Source: Psammoneis japonica (lineage: Eukaryota). Taken from it: a DNA stretch of 52,165 bases. A program made the position numbers and the translations under genes. The notes under the pieces are model-generated. The model had not been told where the DNA came from. It did no database searches and was given only the letters and a program-made list of their open reading frames with translations. The DNA lies in NCBI GenBank assembly GCA_008632985.1, contig QPGO01000338.1, forward strand, positions 1 through 52,165, read 5' to 3'. This document shows positions 49,801-52,165 of this stretch, piece by piece. How positions within the stretch are numbered: the first letter of the stretch is position 1; each line of letters starts with the position of its first letter.

Positions 49801-51953
49801 GATCCCTCCAACAGACAGACCTCCGCAAATCCTCCACGTATCCAAACAAATGGAACATGATGGGAGTATCCGACGCCAAGGCTCCCTTTACCTATGACAC
49901 AATCACGGAGCAGATGACTTACCTTGGATCCGAACTTGGCTGTGTGAGCGACCTCATGACAGAAGGAAATACGGGCAAGGATATTGGGAACGTTCAACTC
50001 ATGCAGGATCGATTGAAGATACTGAAGGAAAAGGTGTCTGAATTGGATAGCAAAGCCCCAGAGCCGATTCGTCAGACGCTGTGTTGTCTTGAGTATGCAG
50101 TCAACGTTTCGTGTATTTACAACGAGACGTTCATGAAGAAAATGCGAAACCTCACCAAGGATAACATTGACGAGTGCGAGTTGAAGACGAGAGAGGCTCT
50201 TGACTACTTTGAAAAATGGAAGAAGAAACAGCTTGAGTTGAAAGCACAGAAGGATCCATTGTGGGAGAAGAAGTTCTTATCAAGTGAAACGTACCTCAAT
50301 ATGCGGGTCGGTGTCGTGGGATTCTTTGGGTATGCACGATATGTCCTGAATATGGAGAATGGACCGGCATATGTGCCTTTTCTTCACTCCAACCAGAGCT
50401 CAATAGAGGCTTGGTTTTCCCTGGTTCGGTCCAAGAATCGCGATACTGCCGTTGGATACAGAGCTGCTGTGTCGTGCATGGACAAGTCAAGAGGAAAACA
50501 AGCCCTGGCGAACAACAAATGCTACTCTGCGGATGACGTCGAAGAGACCCCAGAAGAAGAGAAGGGCGCGAATCAGATGGAGCGTGTATTTTTACGTCGC
50601 GATAAGAAGAGGGATGAGTGGCTTACCAAGCTGAAATCTCCCCAGTCGGTGCAAGGAGACGTTGATATTTCCTGCTTCTCTGACACCAGCGATCCAGACA
50701 TGGAATTTCTTGGAACCGCCGGTTCTTTGGCGGTGTCAAAGCTCCGTGAGCAATGTCTCTCAAAGCACTTCGCTCCGACTCTGCTCGAATTTGGAGACTT
50801 CTCCAAGATAGCATGGGCAAGCATGTTCACGCAATCTCAAGGCTTTTTCGAAAAGCTGTTCCAATTGAATGCAAGCGAGCATGAGTCGTTTGATAGAGCG
50901 TGCAAGACGATTACAGACAAGCTACTTTCTTACCTTGAAATGTCCATCATCACAAGTGCATCTGTCTATAACAGCTTCTACCTTCAAATCTGGCGATGTC
51001 TTCAGAGCGGTACTATTGACGAGGCGAGCAAGCTGGCTCCTGAGGGTATGCGAGAACGTCTGCCGTGGTGCTTGGTAGGGATGACGATAGGTGAGATGTT
51101 TGTTGGTTGGGTCCTTTCGACTATGGACAAAGTTCATCATGAGCTTGTCAAGAAGGCGGGGGGTGCATCAACACGCAAGAGGAAGTCTACTGGCATTGAG
51201 GTGTCGGTAGATGATGCGAATTCCGAAGTCAATCGAATCTTTGGCTGGGCAATTAAAGACGTACTGCAAAAGACGATTCATCTGAACAATGACGAACTCT
51301 CGGAGGAAGTTAGCGACAAGACCCAAGCCAAAATCGATTTCCTGAAACGGATGAGAATTTTGCACCACGAGGCACTCAAAGATGAGAACTACATGGCTAA
51401 CTGCTACGCTACTTCTGACAAGATTCGAAACAGAGGCGGACTTACCTTGGTGGCACCGATAGTATTCCACTTCGGGAAGAGGTTGTTGGGTTGTATCCGA
51501 TTGGGGTGCAACGAAGGAACTATGAAAAGCAAGGGAAAAGAATGTGTCAAGGAAGCATATGAGAGTATCATGGGGCACAAGGATTTGGAGAAAGCTTTTC
51601 TCAAGTGCTTCGAGAGTGACAACTCAATTACGACGGACGACAAGCTCAAAGTATACAAGCAGCTTATTTCGAAGACAGCTCACGCAAGATTCGGGGCTGT
51701 TACAGACAAGTACAAAGAGGACAACACAGGGCATTATGCAAAAGGCTCGTCAGACGTTGCATTCCAACAGATCTCAGAGCTCAAGTCAAAAAGTCAAGCG
51801 TCGAGGTCACAAGTAACTTTTAAACACGTTCTGTTTGATCACTCTCAGTTGGTTTCTCTAAAGCGTCTCTGCTCCAGATTGCCCTATCCATTTGGTGGGG
51901 TTTGGGTTACTTACAGTAAAGACTTCCACTTGAAAAGGCACTCAAGCCTATAA
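46796..51953 (+). pseudogene. THAP/P-element (THAP9-like) transposase split over three overlapping frames
   Basis: THAP-like CCCSSPNC...LCIAPHHW; coiled coil; YSAGVIRMALSLWLTSPTAYK..MPSESKL; catalytic D (VMCDEL), D (GLVCDAGGNN), HP..RKIW..CSTHNLKAVRNAL, NMMGVSDA, and E (SNQSSIEAWFSLVRS). Frame breaks at 48940-48943 and 49716-49719. Confidence 0.9.
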
Positions 51954-52165
51954 GAAAGTATGCCGATCATGTGCATGGATACCGTACATAATTACTATGT
52001 TCCGTGATGGTGTCTTGAGGTGCTGTATTTCTTGAGGCGCTGTCTCAACTCATCCAGCGCACACCGCAACCTTACTGCAGTACAGAGAGGACAGTCATGC
52101 ACCACTTGACAAGAAATGAGACGAACTTGAGGTATAATGTACCGTGTTCGTGATGGTGTCTTGAG

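Larger units (their letters stand above)
46526..52165 (+). mobile_element. P-superfamily DNA transposon (right end outside the window; left end tentative)
   Basis: Transposase below; CA-initiated CAAGGATTTATAAG at 46526 as a candidate TIR start; CGTGATGG-containing repeats on both sides of the ORF. Confidence 0.7.

Overview
Eukaryotic DNA, most likely a diatom or other stramenopile: short GT(AAGT)..AG introns, compact genes and microsatellites; the taxon is my inference. Three layers are visible. (1) Nearly every recognisable host gene is decayed by frameshifts, nonsense codons or deletions: an OSCA/CSC1 channel, a multicopper oxidase, an arsenite methyltransferase with a possible Sec TGA, TYW2/TRM12, DDX10/DBP4, an MFS transporter, an NDC1-like membrane protein and a kinase-like gene. 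(2) Mobile DNA: a very long THAP/P-element transposase at the right end, two related GAC..GTC MITEs with 4-bp TSDs, and one TA-flanked MITE. (3) The most unusual signal: four sharply bounded multi-kb blocks (~3170-5583, ~9120-11615, ~14810-22150, ~35082-37385) from which TpA is almost erased, CpG is also lost in most block cores, and TpG/CpA dominates. Comparing repeat copies shows TA>TG/CA and CG>TG/CA changes directly. This points to a region-targeted, RIP-like hypermutation that includes A>G change at TpA, a process I cannot assign to a described pathway in this lineage.
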